A stretch of 64,000 nt of DNA from a phage, in the NCBI GenBank assembly GCA_036611895.1, contig GCA_036611895.1_4766.1; one strand, 5' to 3'. Made by a program: the position numbers and the translations under genes. The stretch's first letter is position 1. Each line of letters starts with the position of its first letter. The notes below the pieces were generated by a model. That model had not been told where the DNA came from. It did not search any database and worked only from the letters and a program-made list of their open reading frames with translations. This document shows positions 28,784 to 37,591 of the stretch, one piece after another.

Positions 28784-30001
28784 TTAACTTAATGCATAGT
28801 CTGTTTCAAGAATGTCCTGCCAGAGGCTGTCATCCAGCTTACCAGCAGAGAACTCTTGTCCCAGTACCTGAGACAGGATGAAGCCTAGCAGGTCACTCTT
28901 AGCAATGTCAGACAGAATCTGATTGTACTGACGACGTAGGTCATTACCGTAGTTAGGATGGCAACGGAAGCAGTCATGTACAGTCATTACAGGGAATGGT
29001 TTCTTAGGCATAGTGTCAATCATATCTGCTACTACCTGATGGTCTACATAAGCAATAGTGCATGGGTCAAGATAATCCAGGATTGATACGGATAGGAAGC
29101 CAGATTTCTCATAATGGCTCCACAGCTCCTGTACTTTCTCCAGATTGCCTGCAATCTCCCCATATTCTGATGGACCATCCTCACAGAGTTCTCGCACAGC
29201 TTCCACTAAGTCACGGTCGAAGTTACAACGACGCAGCATCTCACGCACCACCATCCCATCAATAGAGTGGGTGATGTTAGCAGAGAGCATACGAGTCTTC
29301 TCTTCTGTGCCCTGAACCATACGAGTGATGTCGAATGGCTTACCTAAGAAGTTAACAGTCTGTACTTCAGGAATCATGACCTTAATGACAGCGTGGAAGT
29401 TGTCAGGCAGTACCCATACGTAACGGTTGGCATCTGGATTACCACATTGCAGTAAGAACTTGTTAAGTGCCCAAGGACCACTAGCAACAGTTTCCATTAC
29501 ATTCTCAAAAGTCTTGAGACGAATACCTTCACCGAATACTTCTTTAGGCTTGGCTTCTGAGCCGTAGAATGCAGTCATAACTGCCTGCTTAGTGTCACTA
29601 CGTTTAATACGAGATGCTTCACCAAGGATGTCCAGCATCTTGTGATAGATAACTGTATAGGCATCACGACGTAATGGCTTACCATTCTCTCCCATGTAGT
29701 TAACTACGTTACACAGTTCAGCAGCAGAACGGTCACCAGTCAGGCAAGCCAGTAACTGCAATCCGGATGATGTAGCATCCAGGGCTACGGCATAACCAAT
29801 AGGCTTACCTGCTTTCATATCTTTCCATGCATTTATACCTGCAAAGAACAGAGCAGAATCTTCAGCTTCATCTACCAGATTAAGCAGGTTAGCTTCGTTC
29901 TCATCGAACCAGGAGATACGCTCATCCCATGTCTTTTTATCTAAGCCATAGTTATTAGCAATATCTACTTTCAGGTATTCACGAGCGGTTAACAGTTGCA
30001 T
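28784..30001 (-). CDS. T7-like single-subunit RNA polymerase, catalytic subunit (N4 RNAPII large-subunit-like)
   Basis: LDATSSGLQ resembles T7 RNAP motif A (DGSCSG) and VHDCF resembles motif C (HDSF); only about 405 aa, so a split polymerase. Confidence 0.65.
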   Translation of the reverse strand: MQLLTAREYLKVDIANNYGLDKKTWDERISWFDENEANLLNLVDEAEDSALFFAGINAWKDMKAGKPIGYAVALDATSSGLQLLACLTGDRSAAELCNVVNYMGENGKPLRRDAYTVIYHKMLDILGEASRIKRSDTKQAVMTAFYGSEAKPKEVFGEGIRLKTFENVMETVASGPWALNKFLLQCGNPDANRYVWVLPDNFHAVIKVMIPEVQTVNFLGKPFDITRMVQGTEEKTRMLSANITHSIDGMVVREMLRRCNFDRDLVEAVRELCEDGPSEYGEIAGNLEKVQELWSHYEKSGFLSVSILDYLDPCTIAYVDHQVVADMIDTMPKKPFPVMTVHDCFRCHPNYGNDLRRQYNQILSDIAKSDLLGFILSQVLGQEFSAGKLDDSLWQDILETDYALS

Positions 30002-30058
30002 TTTATGTTCCTTTTGCTTCTTGGCTCTCCACTATGGAGAGCCTGCTTATTGGATTTA

Positions 30059-30172
30059 TTTACGTTTACGTTTACGTTTGGCCTCTGCCTCACGTTTGAG
30101 AGCTTCGTTAATACGCTTTAACACTAGTTCTCTGTGAGCATAGAAGTCAGCTACTGCACGATGATTAATCAT
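30059..30172 (-). CDS. Lys/Arg-rich micro-protein (37 aa)
   Basis: ATG with AAGGAG RBS about 10 nt upstream; ends ...EAEAKRKRKRK; contains (ACGTTT)x3; below the track cutoff. Confidence 0.35.
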
Positions 30173-30983
30173 TGTTTACTAGCTCCTTATCAGCGAACTC
30201 CAGTACAGCTTTGTTGTAGCTGGTTCCCTGATAGTTGATGTGGTAGCCGCAGGCATATGTACGCCCACGTTTGTCATACTTGTGAGCCAGTGAGAAGTTA
30301 TTACCTTCTTTGGTTACTAACTCCATTACTTCCTTAGCTGTACGGCTGTACTTCTCAAAGGCTTTAACACGTTTCTCATAGTCCTGACGGGTTTCACCCT
30401 CTTTGGGTTTATCCATGTTAGGACGAGAGTCTTTTACATAGTTAGCAACGTCCCAGTTAATACAGAGACGTTGGTTATTCATACGGTTGATGTGGTCAAG
30501 ACAGACATCCATCTCATGATGGTTCTTCTTGAGGATGATGCTACCTCTGCTTTCATAGTAACCAGTATCACGATTACACAGAACAGGCTTAGGAGCACTT
30601 ACGATAGGCAATGGATACTGGAATGCTTCCAGTTCCATCTGAACATCTTCACTAATCTCATAGATAACACCGAACTTGTCGATGGTAGGGTCATAGTTGA
30701 AGCAGTCATTCTCTGCCATCTTATATAGGCAGTCAGCGATGTACTGAGCATCATCTGAGTGACTCATGAGAGAGCCAATCATAGTTTGGATGTCAGCACG
30801 TTTATGTAAGGCAATCTGCACCATTGCATCAATGAGCAGCTTATAATCAATTTCTAAATAGGCAGCGAATGCCTTAAAGTCAATTTCTTCGGAGTCCTCG
30901 AATTCCTTCCTCATGCGAGGGAGTAATTGATTCTTGTTGAAAAGGATTTCAAGTCGCTTCTGATGTTCAATAGATGAGTACAT
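30165..30983 (-). CDS. RNAPII small-subunit-like (N-terminal part of split T7-like RNAP)
   Basis: 272-aa ORF directly upstream of the catalytic subunit; assignment by synteny and size. Confidence 0.45.
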   Translation of the reverse strand: MYSSIEHQKRLEILFNKNQLLPRMRKEFEDSEEIDFKAFAAYLEIDYKLLIDAMVQIALHKRADIQTMIGSLMSHSDDAQYIADCLYKMAENDCFNYDPTIDKFGVIYEISEDVQMELEAFQYPLPIVSAPKPVLCNRDTGYYESRGSIILKKNHHEMDVCLDHINRMNNQRLCINWDVANYVKDSRPNMDKPKEGETRQDYEKRVKAFEKYSRTAKEVMELVTKEGNNFSLAHKYDKRGRTYACGYHINYQGTSYNKAVLEFADKELVNND

Positions 30984-31036
30984 CGCTTATTCTCCTAAAT
31001 ATGATTAATAACCAAAAGCTGCGGAGCAGCTATTAC

Positions 31037-31297
31037 CTAACGCTTAGTCCAAAAGGTAATACGAATACTGTTTTCATTACCGATGTAGTCGATGCGTACA
31101 TGCAGACCATTACCATTAAACTCATTACTTTTCTTCTGATAAGGCCAGACTAGGCTAGTCATAGGTATTTTGATGAAACCAGATATGTGGCCTAGCTTAG
31201 TACGACTCTTTAATTCATTTTGTAATGCACAATAGATGTCGTGCCGTGTGAGTGCTCTGGCTCTGACTTGAGCAGACCATAATTCTTCATATGTCAT
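31037..31297 (-). CDS. hypothetical protein
   Basis: 86-aa ORF. Confidence 0.4.
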   Translation of the reverse strand: MTYEELWSAQVRARALTRHDIYCALQNELKSRTKLGHISGFIKIPMTSLVWPYQKKSNEFNGNGLHVRIDYIGNENSIRITFWTKR

Positions 31298-31677
31298 GAG
31301 AAGGTTCCCCAGTAGATATAATCATCTCCCAGAATGGGCTTCCAGGCTTCGTCAAACATGACATTGCCAGTAGCATTGGCAAACATAGGAGCGATTTCTT
31401 CATCCTTATAGCCAGCTAATCCACAACCAATACGTGTTACTTTAAAGTCCCACTCTGGATGTGCTGCTGCATACAGGATAAATGCTTCAACGAATGTTTT
31501 AATGTCTTCTAAGGACATAGTCTTTATTGACTGGTCTTTGGTTGGAATTGCATAGCTGCAACCATAATGGCCTACGCCCATACCCCAACGAGCACCATGC
31601 TTTTTATATGCAACTTTCGCTGCACCAGCACCGTGACGACCTGCTAAATTACTTCCGAATACAAAGACTTCTTTCAC
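31294..31677 (-). CDS. Rossmann-like (SLOG/DprA-like) small protein
   Basis: FVFGSNLAGRHGAGAAKVA glycine-rich loop. Confidence 0.35.
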   Translation of the reverse strand: MKEVFVFGSNLAGRHGAGAAKVAYKKHGARWGMGVGHYGCSYAIPTKDQSIKTMSLEDIKTFVEAFILYAAAHPEWDFKVTRIGCGLAGYKDEEIAPMFANATGNVMFDEAWKPILGDDYIYWGTFS

Positions 31678-31871
31678 ACTAACCCCCTTACTTCTTTATA
31701 GAATTTAACAGCGTCTTCCTGAGTTTCAGGCTTAACTTCATAAACATAGTCAAGAGCTTGTTCGTGGTCTTTCTGTTCCTTCTTGGTTCTACAATGACCA
31801 CATTTACCATCCCATTGGGATACATGGCCTTTACCACATTTGCATTGTTTATTCATTAGGATTCTCCACAA
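31674..31871 (-). CDS. zinc-ribbon micro-protein
   Basis: CKCGKGH...CGHC; 65 aa. Confidence 0.4.
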   Translation of the reverse strand: MWRILMNKQCKCGKGHVSQWDGKCGHCRTKKEQKDHEQALDYVYEVKPETQEDAVKFYKEVRGLV

Positions 31872-32229
31872 AATAGTTATATATAGCCTTTACTAGCTTC
31901 TCTTTAATAACCTCACCATGACAAGGTTTTGGATAACAGAAGCACTGTAAGGCCAATCCTTTCTCGTCAATGGCTTTATTACCAAGACGATTAAGTTCAT
32001 CCAGTACAACTGGATTCTTTCTCATGATTTGTTCATTAAGCCATACTCGATACTTGGCTATAACCTGTTCTCTCGAACCGTCTTTACCAATGACAAATGG
32101 ATTGCCTAATGGTGAGCCACGCCCAATATACTCACCGGATTTACTGTGATGTTTATTAACAATAGTAATTGATCGTGCAGTTACACCCATTAGAGTATCT
32201 GTGTTATTACCTATTGAAATAGTCTTCAT
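31849..32229 (-). CDS. DUF4326-like protein
   Basis: GRGSPLGNPF and CFCYPKPCHG motifs as recalled for this family. Confidence 0.4.
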   Translation of the reverse strand: MKTISIGNNTDTLMGVTARSITIVNKHHSKSGEYIGRGSPLGNPFVIGKDGSREQVIAKYRVWLNEQIMRKNPVVLDELNRLGNKAIDEKGLALQCFCYPKPCHGEVIKEKLVKAIYNYFVENPNE

Positions 32230-32540
32230 GGTTTAAGTACCTGGAATGGGAACACAGGACGTTTACTACGCCACTGGTTCATAGCTAATTCACTGGTTTC
32301 AGAACCATCATGTAAGTCATAGATAAATGAGATTACATAGTCTGGTTCTTCCGGGAAGTTCTCTGTAGAGAATGGTAGCCCAGATTCCTTAAGGATAGGA
32401 ACCAGTGGTGATTCAGCATTACAATAGAGGGTAAACTCTTCATTAAATGCCTGGCTTGTCTGAGATACATAATCAATATTACGCATCATCTTATCTACAT
32501 CAGTAAATGTAGAATCATGAACTACTAGAATAGTTTTCAT
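32226..32540 (-). CDS. hypothetical protein
   Basis: 104-aa ORF. Confidence 0.4.
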   Translation of the reverse strand: MKTILVVHDSTFTDVDKMMRNIDYVSQTSQAFNEEFTLYCNAESPLVPILKESGLPFSTENFPEEPDYVISFIYDLHDGSETSELAMNQWRSKRPVFPFQVLKP

Positions 32541-32791
32541 ACCTTTCTTAATGTCCCATAGATGTTATTATCGACAATATTCAAATCACAAAAACCAATC
32601 TCTTCTTGTCTCCCAGAGGATACCCAGATATTGTTTTCTGTTAGCTTAGGCTTTTTAGAGAATCCTATTAGTGAGGTATTAGCACTCTTATATTGACGAG
32701 GTAGTAATGCTATATACTTAACCCAGTGAGGCACTTGAATAGTATGCTTCATATATTCCACAGTCTTGCCTGTAGGATATGTAATAATCAT
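32537..32791 (-). CDS. hypothetical protein
   Basis: 84-aa ORF. Confidence 0.4.
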   Translation of the reverse strand: MIITYPTGKTVEYMKHTIQVPHWVKYIALLPRQYKSANTSLIGFSKKPKLTENNIWVSSGRQEEIGFCDLNIVDNNIYGTLRKV

Positions 32792-33148
32792 TTAGTACCT
32801 TACAACATATACGGGTTTATTAAGCCTATTCATGATATCAATCATGTGCTTGGTTCCTTTGGAATTACCATCCCAGAAGCACACAGCAGCATCTGCAAAT
32901 TCACCCATTTCTTTATTCCTACGGAATCCAGCAGATTTGCCATAGGTATCCCATTCAGCAGGGAATACATGTATCTGCATATTTGCAGATTTCCATAGAT
33001 GGAAAGCTAATATATCTGCTCCACGAGCCATACCACATACCAATTCTGGGCATTCCGGTATATTCCCTGAATTTACTAACTTCTGTAATTCCTCAATCAT
33101 ACGATTGGTATTTACGAAGTCTCTCCCACCAGCTACAATCAGTCTCAT
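32792..33148 (-). CDS. SLOG/DprA-like Rossmann-fold protein
   Basis: VAGGRDF...GMARGADILAFHLW...DGNSKGTKHMI resembles the DprA/SLOG nucleotide-binding pattern. Confidence 0.45.
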   Translation of the reverse strand: MRLIVAGGRDFVNTNRMIEELQKLVNSGNIPECPELVCGMARGADILAFHLWKSANMQIHVFPAEWDTYGKSAGFRRNKEMGEFADAAVCFWDGNSKGTKHMIDIMNRLNKPVYVVRY

Positions 33149-33366
33149 TTCTGATACCCCTGTATATAGTTAATACGGCGAATACGTTGAGTAGATGCCT
33201 TAACAGCTATCTGTTGATTCTCTTCTTTATGCTGATTATTCAGGATCTTATCCCATTCCTTCTGGTTCCGTTGTTTCTGTAGAATACGACTACACTTCTT
33301 ATGATTAGCAACTCCTCTTCCTTTATTGCAAATCGGGCAAATACCATAATTAGTGCTGAACAACAT
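33145..33366 (-). CDS. zinc-ribbon micro-protein
   Basis: CPICNKGRGVANHKKC; 73 aa. Confidence 0.4.
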   Translation of the reverse strand: MLFSTNYGICPICNKGRGVANHKKCSRILQKQRNQKEWDKILNNQHKEENQQIAVKASTQRIRRINYIQGYQK

Positions 33367-33378
33367 TTTGTTTATTCC

Positions 33379-33612
33379 TTAGTAAGTATATTCAAGAGAG
33401 GTTTTACCATCTGTATGACATACAGATACTTTACTATCTATGAAGTACATCTTGTTATTAATACGTACTTCATCAATAGAGAAATTGCTAAAAGGTTTAG
33501 AGTACACCTTACGAACAATAGTTCTGTTAGTACCCTTTAGTTTAATTCGGGCATAACCTTTTCGGTCAACGAATATCTCATTACCTACAATTACATCACT
33601 GAGGTTGTTCAC
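33379..33612 (-). CDS. hypothetical protein
   Basis: 77-aa ORF. Confidence 0.4.
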   Translation of the reverse strand: MNNLSDVIVGNEIFVDRKGYARIKLKGTNRTIVRKVYSKPFSNFSIDEVRINNKMYFIDSKVSVCHTDGKTSLEYTY

Positions 33613-33913
33613 TTAGTGCCTCCAGTAGTATTTTACGAATAACATTTACATCAGATTCAGTACCAATTAAACCAACAGGTTTACCTGTACTATCTGTTAC
33701 AAAGGATGCAATCCTTTCCATCTCTGCTGTAATTAACTTGTCACCACTAATAAGACGATTACGAAGGTAAGCTTCATAAGCTACCTCTACATCTTCTACC
33801 GTGGTTCTTTCATTACGAGTGAATGGATTACTTAATGGGAAAGGTAAGTGGATACGTATATTCCGGTCAGCTATCTTAGCTGAATGGGGAAGTATACAAA
33901 CAATTTCATTCAA
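33596..33913 (-). CDS. hypothetical protein
   Basis: 105-aa ORF. Confidence 0.4.
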   Translation of the reverse strand: MNEIVCILPHSAKIADRNIRIHLPFPLSNPFTRNERTTVEDVEVAYEAYLRNRLISGDKLITAEMERIASFVTDSTGKPVGLIGTESDVNVIRKILLEALSEQPQ

Positions 33914-34047
33914 GGTTATTTCTCCTATTTAAATACATATCTAACTATTCAAGAATAAAAAATAGAAGCCCTCCTAATGGAGGACTCCCAGTTCTACTAA
34001 TGCACCATAGGTTAATAGTGCAAACATGGTTATTGAGATAAGCCAGT

Positions 34048-34179
34048 TCATTTGAACGCATCCGGGTGATTGAAGGTAACAATCTTACGTACTGGTTCAG
34101 ATGTCTTTTTCTTAGCAGCCAGACGCTCTTTCATCTTCTGTACGTCTTCTTTGGTTCCCATGATTAATGACTTACGCAT
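34048..34179 (-). CDS. Lys-rich micro-protein (43 aa)
   Basis: ATG with GGAG RBS 9 nt upstream; below the track cutoff. Confidence 0.35.
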   Translation of the reverse strand: MRKSLIMGTKEDVQKMKERLAAKKKTSEPVRKIVTFNHPDAFK

Positions 34180-34346
34180 GATTTAGTACTCCACATAAAG
34201 TTAAAAGGTTTACTGTTACGTACAATTCTTACAACCATTTGATAGCCATTGAGTTGTACAACACCATAGTGTCGTTTCTGTACACCAGTGTGATACCTAC
34301 GAAAGATACACTCTTCAATGGCATCTTCTATGTTAGTGAATATCAC
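34164..34346 (-). CDS. hypothetical protein
   Basis: 60-aa ORF. Confidence 0.3.
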   Translation of the reverse strand: MIFTNIEDAIEECIFRRYHTGVQKRHYGVVQLNGYQMVVRIVRNSKPFNFMWSTKSCVSH

Positions 34347-34561
34347 TGGTTCCTCTTTGCAAACTCTTCGGCTTCCTTAGCCCAGAGTTGCTTACGATCT
34401 TCTTTAGCTACGATGGAAGCAAACAGGCATTTAACGAATACAACTGGTAACTTACAAATAAGTACCAGCTTAGTAATTACCCACTTGGCTCCATTGAGAA
34501 TGTAACCACGTAGGTGATAAAGCACATAACAGAGTATTACAAACGCAATGAAGTCCAACAT
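34343..34561 (-). CDS. small membrane protein
   Basis: 72 aa with an N-terminal TM helix. Confidence 0.4.
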   Translation of the reverse strand: MLDFIAFVILCYVLYHLRGYILNGAKWVITKLVLICKLPVVFVKCLFASIVAKEDRKQLWAKEAEEFAKRNQ

Positions 34562-34563
34562 AG

Positions 34564-34863
34564 TTAGTCCTTACAGTTAATGAATTGAGAATGTAATTCA
34601 CCATTACAGATATTCATACCATCTTCATAGTATGGCTCACCTAGTTCTTCATAGTAGGCTTTGTCATCAGGATGTGGTCTAACCACCAGGTCAAATGCAG
34701 GTAATTGACTGCCACCATCAATCACGTTGAGTAAGCTGAATATAGCTCCCTCAATACGTTCAGTAGTATCTCCTCCATCTGGAGTATTTGCCCAGTAATG
34801 TACAATTTCTTTAGCATTAAGTAGGAATTTATTCCTTACTTCTTCCTCAGTAAGTGCTCTCAT
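34564..34863 (-). CDS. hypothetical protein
   Basis: 99-aa ORF. Confidence 0.4.
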   Translation of the reverse strand: MRALTEEEVRNKFLLNAKEIVHYWANTPDGGDTTERIEGAIFSLLNVIDGGSQLPAFDLVVRPHPDDKAYYEELGEPYYEDGMNICNGELHSQFINCKD

Positions 34864-34967
34864 TTAGTACATATCCTCTTCTAATATAAATCTATATCTA
34901 TCTGGTTACTGTTTCAGTACCCTTCGTCTAAAGATACTCAAAAAGTAGAAATAGCTTATCGTCTAGT

Positions 34968-34996
34968 TAAAAATAAAAGACTCCCCGAAGGGAGTC
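34968..34996 (-). terminator. rho-independent terminator
   Basis: Plus strand AAAAATAAAAGACTCCC-CGAA-GGGAGTCT. Confidence 0.6.
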
Positions 34997-35006
34997 TATT
35001 GGTTGA

Positions 35007-35480
35007 TTAGAAAGTCAGTTTACGAGCATATTTATTCTCGTCTGCTGGGATGTCAGCAGCCTCTGCTTTCACACGACGAAGTTGAACTTGCAGGTTAATG
35101 ATACCTTCTTCACCTGGTTCCAGGTTCTGAGCATATGCGATTAACTGTTCCAGCAAGTCGTTCTGTGCACAACGCATAGCACGGAAGTCAGCATTGCTGC
35201 TATTGGTAGGCAGCGGTTCCTGAGTATCCAGTGGAATACCAGTAGGCAGTGAGATGAATTTCTCATCATCAGAGCCTTCATTAGCCACATAACCAATGTT
35301 CAGCCAGAACTGAGCTTTTGGTTTGTCAGTTTTAGCAGTAGAAGCAGTATCGTTAGACTGACCGAAAGTGAATTTTTGAATAGACATTTTGTACTCTCCA
35401 GATTTATGTGATTTACGGGTGAACTCGTCGGTGAGAACACCCAAACAAAAGGATAAAAGTTCAATGATTAGTGGATGCAT
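35007..35480 (-). CDS. hypothetical protein
   Basis: 157-aa ORF; real start probably the internal Met of MSIQKFTF. Confidence 0.4.
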   Translation of the reverse strand: MHPLIIELLSFCLGVLTDEFTRKSHKSGEYKMSIQKFTFGQSNDTASTAKTDKPKAQFWLNIGYVANEGSDDEKFISLPTGIPLDTQEPLPTNSSNADFRAMRCAQNDLLEQLIAYAQNLEPGEEGIINLQVQLRRVKAEAADIPADENKYARKLTF

Positions 35481-35519
35481 TTACATCATCCATAAGACGC
35501 GGAGCGTCTTGGTTTTGGC

Positions 35520-35789
35520 TTACCAATACATAGCTGCTGTGCCTTCTTCGGCAAAGAACTCATCTAAGCTGTTTTGATTTTCTTTACGGAACTGACGACG
35601 CAGCTTACGGATTTGTTTCTTGGTAGGTTTAGCAGGGAAACTGTAGTCAACAACCAGAGGCATTCTGGTTTCTTCACATACTTCAGAGAACCATAACTGC
35701 CACTCTGCTGCAGCAGGGATGTGTTGCTGCTTACCAAAAACCGGTTGCTTAGTACCACCAACATAGAACAGGTCAGTATTAAATTGCAT
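35520..35789 (-). CDS. hypothetical protein
   Basis: 89-aa ORF with a basic C-terminal stretch. Confidence 0.4.
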   Translation of the reverse strand: MQFNTDLFYVGGTKQPVFGKQQHIPAAAEWQLWFSEVCEETRMPLVVDYSFPAKPTKKQIRKLRRQFRKENQNSLDEFFAEEGTAAMYW

Positions 35790-35842
35790 GAGTAAACTCC
35801 TGAATTAAAATGATATCCAATAGAAGCGGAGCTTCTTGGTTT

Positions 35843-36214
35843 TTAAGGAATGTAGGACAACCAGGTTAATAGTTCTGCTTTAGCTTTCTGATACTTACTG
35901 TCTACAGTTTCATCTGAGATATCTATGTCTGATTCTCCGTAATGATGGATGTCAGACTGATATTGCTCTTGCTGGCGAATGGCTTCCTCGAATCTATTTA
36001 ATGCTTCAATAGGTTCTTGTTTTTGCCATACCCATAAAGCACCTGCAAGAGGTAGATTGTCATCTTTGTACCAACGTGGTCCTATTCCAGATACACACTT
36101 TAATTTACTATCTTCAGTAAGAATGAATCTTCCTGGTGAGTGAAATTTTCCTACTAGTTCTGTTCCTACAGGAACATCTTTAGTTAATGATTTTACGCAA
36201 ATGTACTTAGCCAT
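35843..36214 (-). CDS. hypothetical protein
   Basis: 123-aa ORF. Confidence 0.4.
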   Translation of the reverse strand: MAKYICVKSLTKDVPVGTELVGKFHSPGRFILTEDSKLKCVSGIGPRWYKDDNLPLAGALWVWQKQEPIEALNRFEEAIRQQEQYQSDIHHYGESDIDISDETVDSKYQKAKAELLTWLSYIP

Positions 36215-36265
36215 TATCTATCTCCAAAGTAGATAGTTATCTACTTTTGACTATCTATCTAATGT

Positions 36266-36295
36266 TCAAAACAGGAGACTCCGAAGAGTCTCCTT
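36266..36295 (-). terminator. rho-independent terminator
   Basis: Plus strand CAAAACAGGAGACTC-CGAA-GAGTCTCCT; 9-bp stem then a T-rich tail in minus sense. Confidence 0.5.
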
Positions 36296-36301
36296 GATGA
36301 C

Positions 36302-36625
36302 TTAGTCTTTAGTCAGGATGTCAATTACTTTGGAATATTCTGCGTTATAGATCCGAGCGTTCTCTGAATCCTTGCAGAATTCCTCGATACTTTTCTTACG
36401 CAGAGTCTCAGTCATAGCTGTTTCCTCTGCCAGTTTATTAACAAAGGTATGCATTTCTAATTTAGTACGAATGGCTTGTTTCTCTGCCATAGTACTAACA
36501 TATGAATTAAGCATACCTACTGCTTTAGTTGCTGTGCTGAATGTATCTGCAACAGTAGTAGCAGCTGAGTTAACAGTACCAAGTAAAGTTCCTGCGGTCA
36601 TACGTACAGTAGCTTGAGTAGTCAT
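36302..36625 (-). CDS. hypothetical protein
   Basis: 107-aa ORF with GGAG RBS. Confidence 0.45.
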   Translation of the reverse strand: MTTQATVRMTAGTLLGTVNSAATTVADTFSTATKAVGMLNSYVSTMAEKQAIRTKLEMHTFVNKLAEETAMTETLRKKSIEEFCKDSENARIYNAEYSKVIDILTKD

Positions 36626-36859
36626 GATGATAGCTCCAATAGTTGATGATAGGACGACATGTCCATAACATGCGGAGCATGTGTAACGTGTAAGGTGGGG
36701 TAGGGTAGTGGCTACACCGTCAACATACCGGGGGGGCTAGTTGAGTGTAAGGGTGTAGCCCCAGCCACACCACTATGGCTGTACATAGCTATCACAATTT
36801 TGACATGCAAAAATATTATAGGCACTATCTCTATAAGCAGATAACTTTGAGGTACTAAC

Positions 36860-36985
36860 ATGAAAGATGGATGGGGTAACTACAATCCTACAGACCCTGA
36901 GAACTGGCTTCACTTTATTGCATGGGCTTGCGCTGTAGGATTCATAAGTATTGTGCTCTTATCACTGGTTCTATCTTATCTGTAA
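36860..36985 (+). CDS. plus-strand micro-ORF encoding a single-TM peptide (41 aa)
   Basis: GAGG RBS 7 nt before the ATG; MKDGWGNYNPTDPENWLHFIAWACAVGFISIVLLSLVLSYL; TTGACA at 36798-36803 upstream; lies antisense within the minus-strand early block. Confidence 0.3.
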   Translation: MKDGWGNYNPTDPENWLHFIAWACAVGFISIVLLSLVLSYL

Positions 36986-37012
36986 ATACTATGGGGGATA
37001 GCTATTTATCCC

Positions 37013-37147
37013 CTATTCATCATAGCGTTTAATACCTAAAACCTTGTATAGCTTACCCTTTACAAGCAATGGTCCACCTACTTCTACGAAAGCTAGGCTG
37101 TGTACTATCACTGGTTCAAGTAAGCCTTTTACTGTTATATACCACAT
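37013..37147 (-). CDS. micro-protein (44 aa)
   Basis: ATG with AAGGA RBS; below the track cutoff. Confidence 0.3.
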   Translation of the reverse strand: MWYITVKGLLEPVIVHSLAFVEVGGPLLVKGKLYKVLGIKRYDE

Positions 37148-37183
37148 ATTAATCCTTATAAGCAGTTAAATAGGAGGAAGTGG

Positions 37184-37588
37184 TTAGTAGCTATCTGTGA
37201 TACCAAAGGACATATGATAACCACCTGTGTTTACATCCCAGGGTTGCGACAAATTAATATCCCAAGGAAGTGTCTTTCCAGATTCAAGTATTCTTATAGA
37301 CCTGAAGGAGTTACCCTCTTTTATCATACTGGTTTTTACTGTTACCGGTAGGAAGATATGGAAGTAATCCCCTTCTGGTGCAAGGTAAGTATCTCCTTCA
37401 TTGAGGGTAACTATCTTTGCTTTGCTGTTAGTGAGAAGTCTATGCCCCTGTGCAAAATCTGCTAACTCTCCTGGTTCCATTATTAGTGTAGAACTCCCAT
37501 AGGTCATAATATGGATGATTGCTTTTTCTGGTTCAGAGGAATAGTGCAGTAAATCTGTACCATTCATCCCTAAGAGTTTAACGTTCAT
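37184..37588 (-). CDS. early paralog-family protein, divergent member
   Basis: Weak match to the family core (IIHIMTYGSSTLIMEPGELADFAQGHRLL). Confidence 0.4.
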   Translation of the reverse strand: MNVKLLGMNGTDLLHYSSEPEKAIIHIMTYGSSTLIMEPGELADFAQGHRLLTNSKAKIVTLNEGDTYLAPEGDYFHIFLPVTVKTSMIKEGNSFRSIRILESGKTLPWDINLSQPWDVNTGGYHMSFGITDSY

Positions 37589-37591
37589 ACT

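Noticed and set aside
30060-30078. Tandem hexamer (ACGTTT)x3, considered as a possible CRISPR or VNTR-like repeat
   Set aside because: Only three units, no spacers, and it encodes the KRKRKR tail of a micro-ORF; no CRISPR-like array found anywhere in the window
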